From Eledone cirrhosa (lineage: Eukaryota), in the NCBI GenBank assembly GCA_964016885.1, contig OZ024741.1, forward strand, positions 185,442,001-185,506,000: a DNA stretch of 64,000 bases. The letters run 5' to 3'. Shown here piece after piece: positions 63,660-64,000 of this stretch. A program made the translations under genes and the position numbers. The notes beneath the pieces were generated by a model, which was given only the letters and a program-made list of their open reading frames with translations, searched no databases and was not told the origin of the DNA. Position 1 is the stretch's first letter, and every line of letters starts with the position of its first letter.

Positions 63660-64000
63660 TGTTAATATACCTATATAAAAAAATAATATACCTCCTAACA
63701 GACAAAGGGAGAGTATTCTGTGTCATCAATGATAACATTTGCACACAACTAATGCTAGAACACCTTAACAACACAAATCTATATAGTAATGTTAACAGAA
63801 CTTCACACCCAGTCAACTAGACACTACCATTAATACTACGTGGATTAATATATTTAACCACCCAGCCTATCTAACAGCAAGCTCCTCACTTTCAACGATC
63901 TTAACAAAACACATAAAACAGGACCCAACTTAAAATTTAGACCCATTGTTTCTGGCATAAACCTACCTTTCTATAAAATTTCCTGGCTTCTTACTCGACT
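63660..64000 (+). mobile_element. PLE reverse transcriptase N-terminal region, runs off the window
   Basis: [10 protein letters not shown] and KTHKTGPNLKFRPIVSGINLPFYKISWLL match the PLE ADKG and K.HK...RPIVS motifs; interrupted frame. Confidence 0.75.

Overview
AT-rich, microsatellite-saturated eukaryotic non-coding DNA. An octopus/cephalopod origin is inferred from the repeat landscape and SINE family but cannot be proven from the sequence. There is no intact protein-coding gene; nearly all ORF-track entries are translations of (TA)n, (CA)n, (CAT)n or (AGT)n tracts. Recognisable content: (i) about 16 copies of one tRNA-derived SINE, many with target-site duplications, plus two other SINE types; (ii) decayed LINEs (RTE with a 5' inversion, CR1-like, and a 2.7 kb R4/Dong-like element sitting in (CATA)n); (iii) five decayed Penelope-like element (PLE) coding fragments (RT or GIY-YIG motifs). 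The main signal is a dense set of short fold-back (inverted-repeat) elements embedded in (TA)n arrays. They belong to at least ten unrelated families and carry minimal type-I hammerhead ribozyme motifs. Several motifs have canonical cores, three families have a U3-A8 compensatory core, and several have long stem-II insertions. Two fold-back families are directly joined to GIY-YIG coding remnants, tying the set to PLE terminal repeats. One weak host exon candidate lies at about 39.3-39.5 kb on the minus strand. All folds were done by eye and need computational and experimental confirmation.
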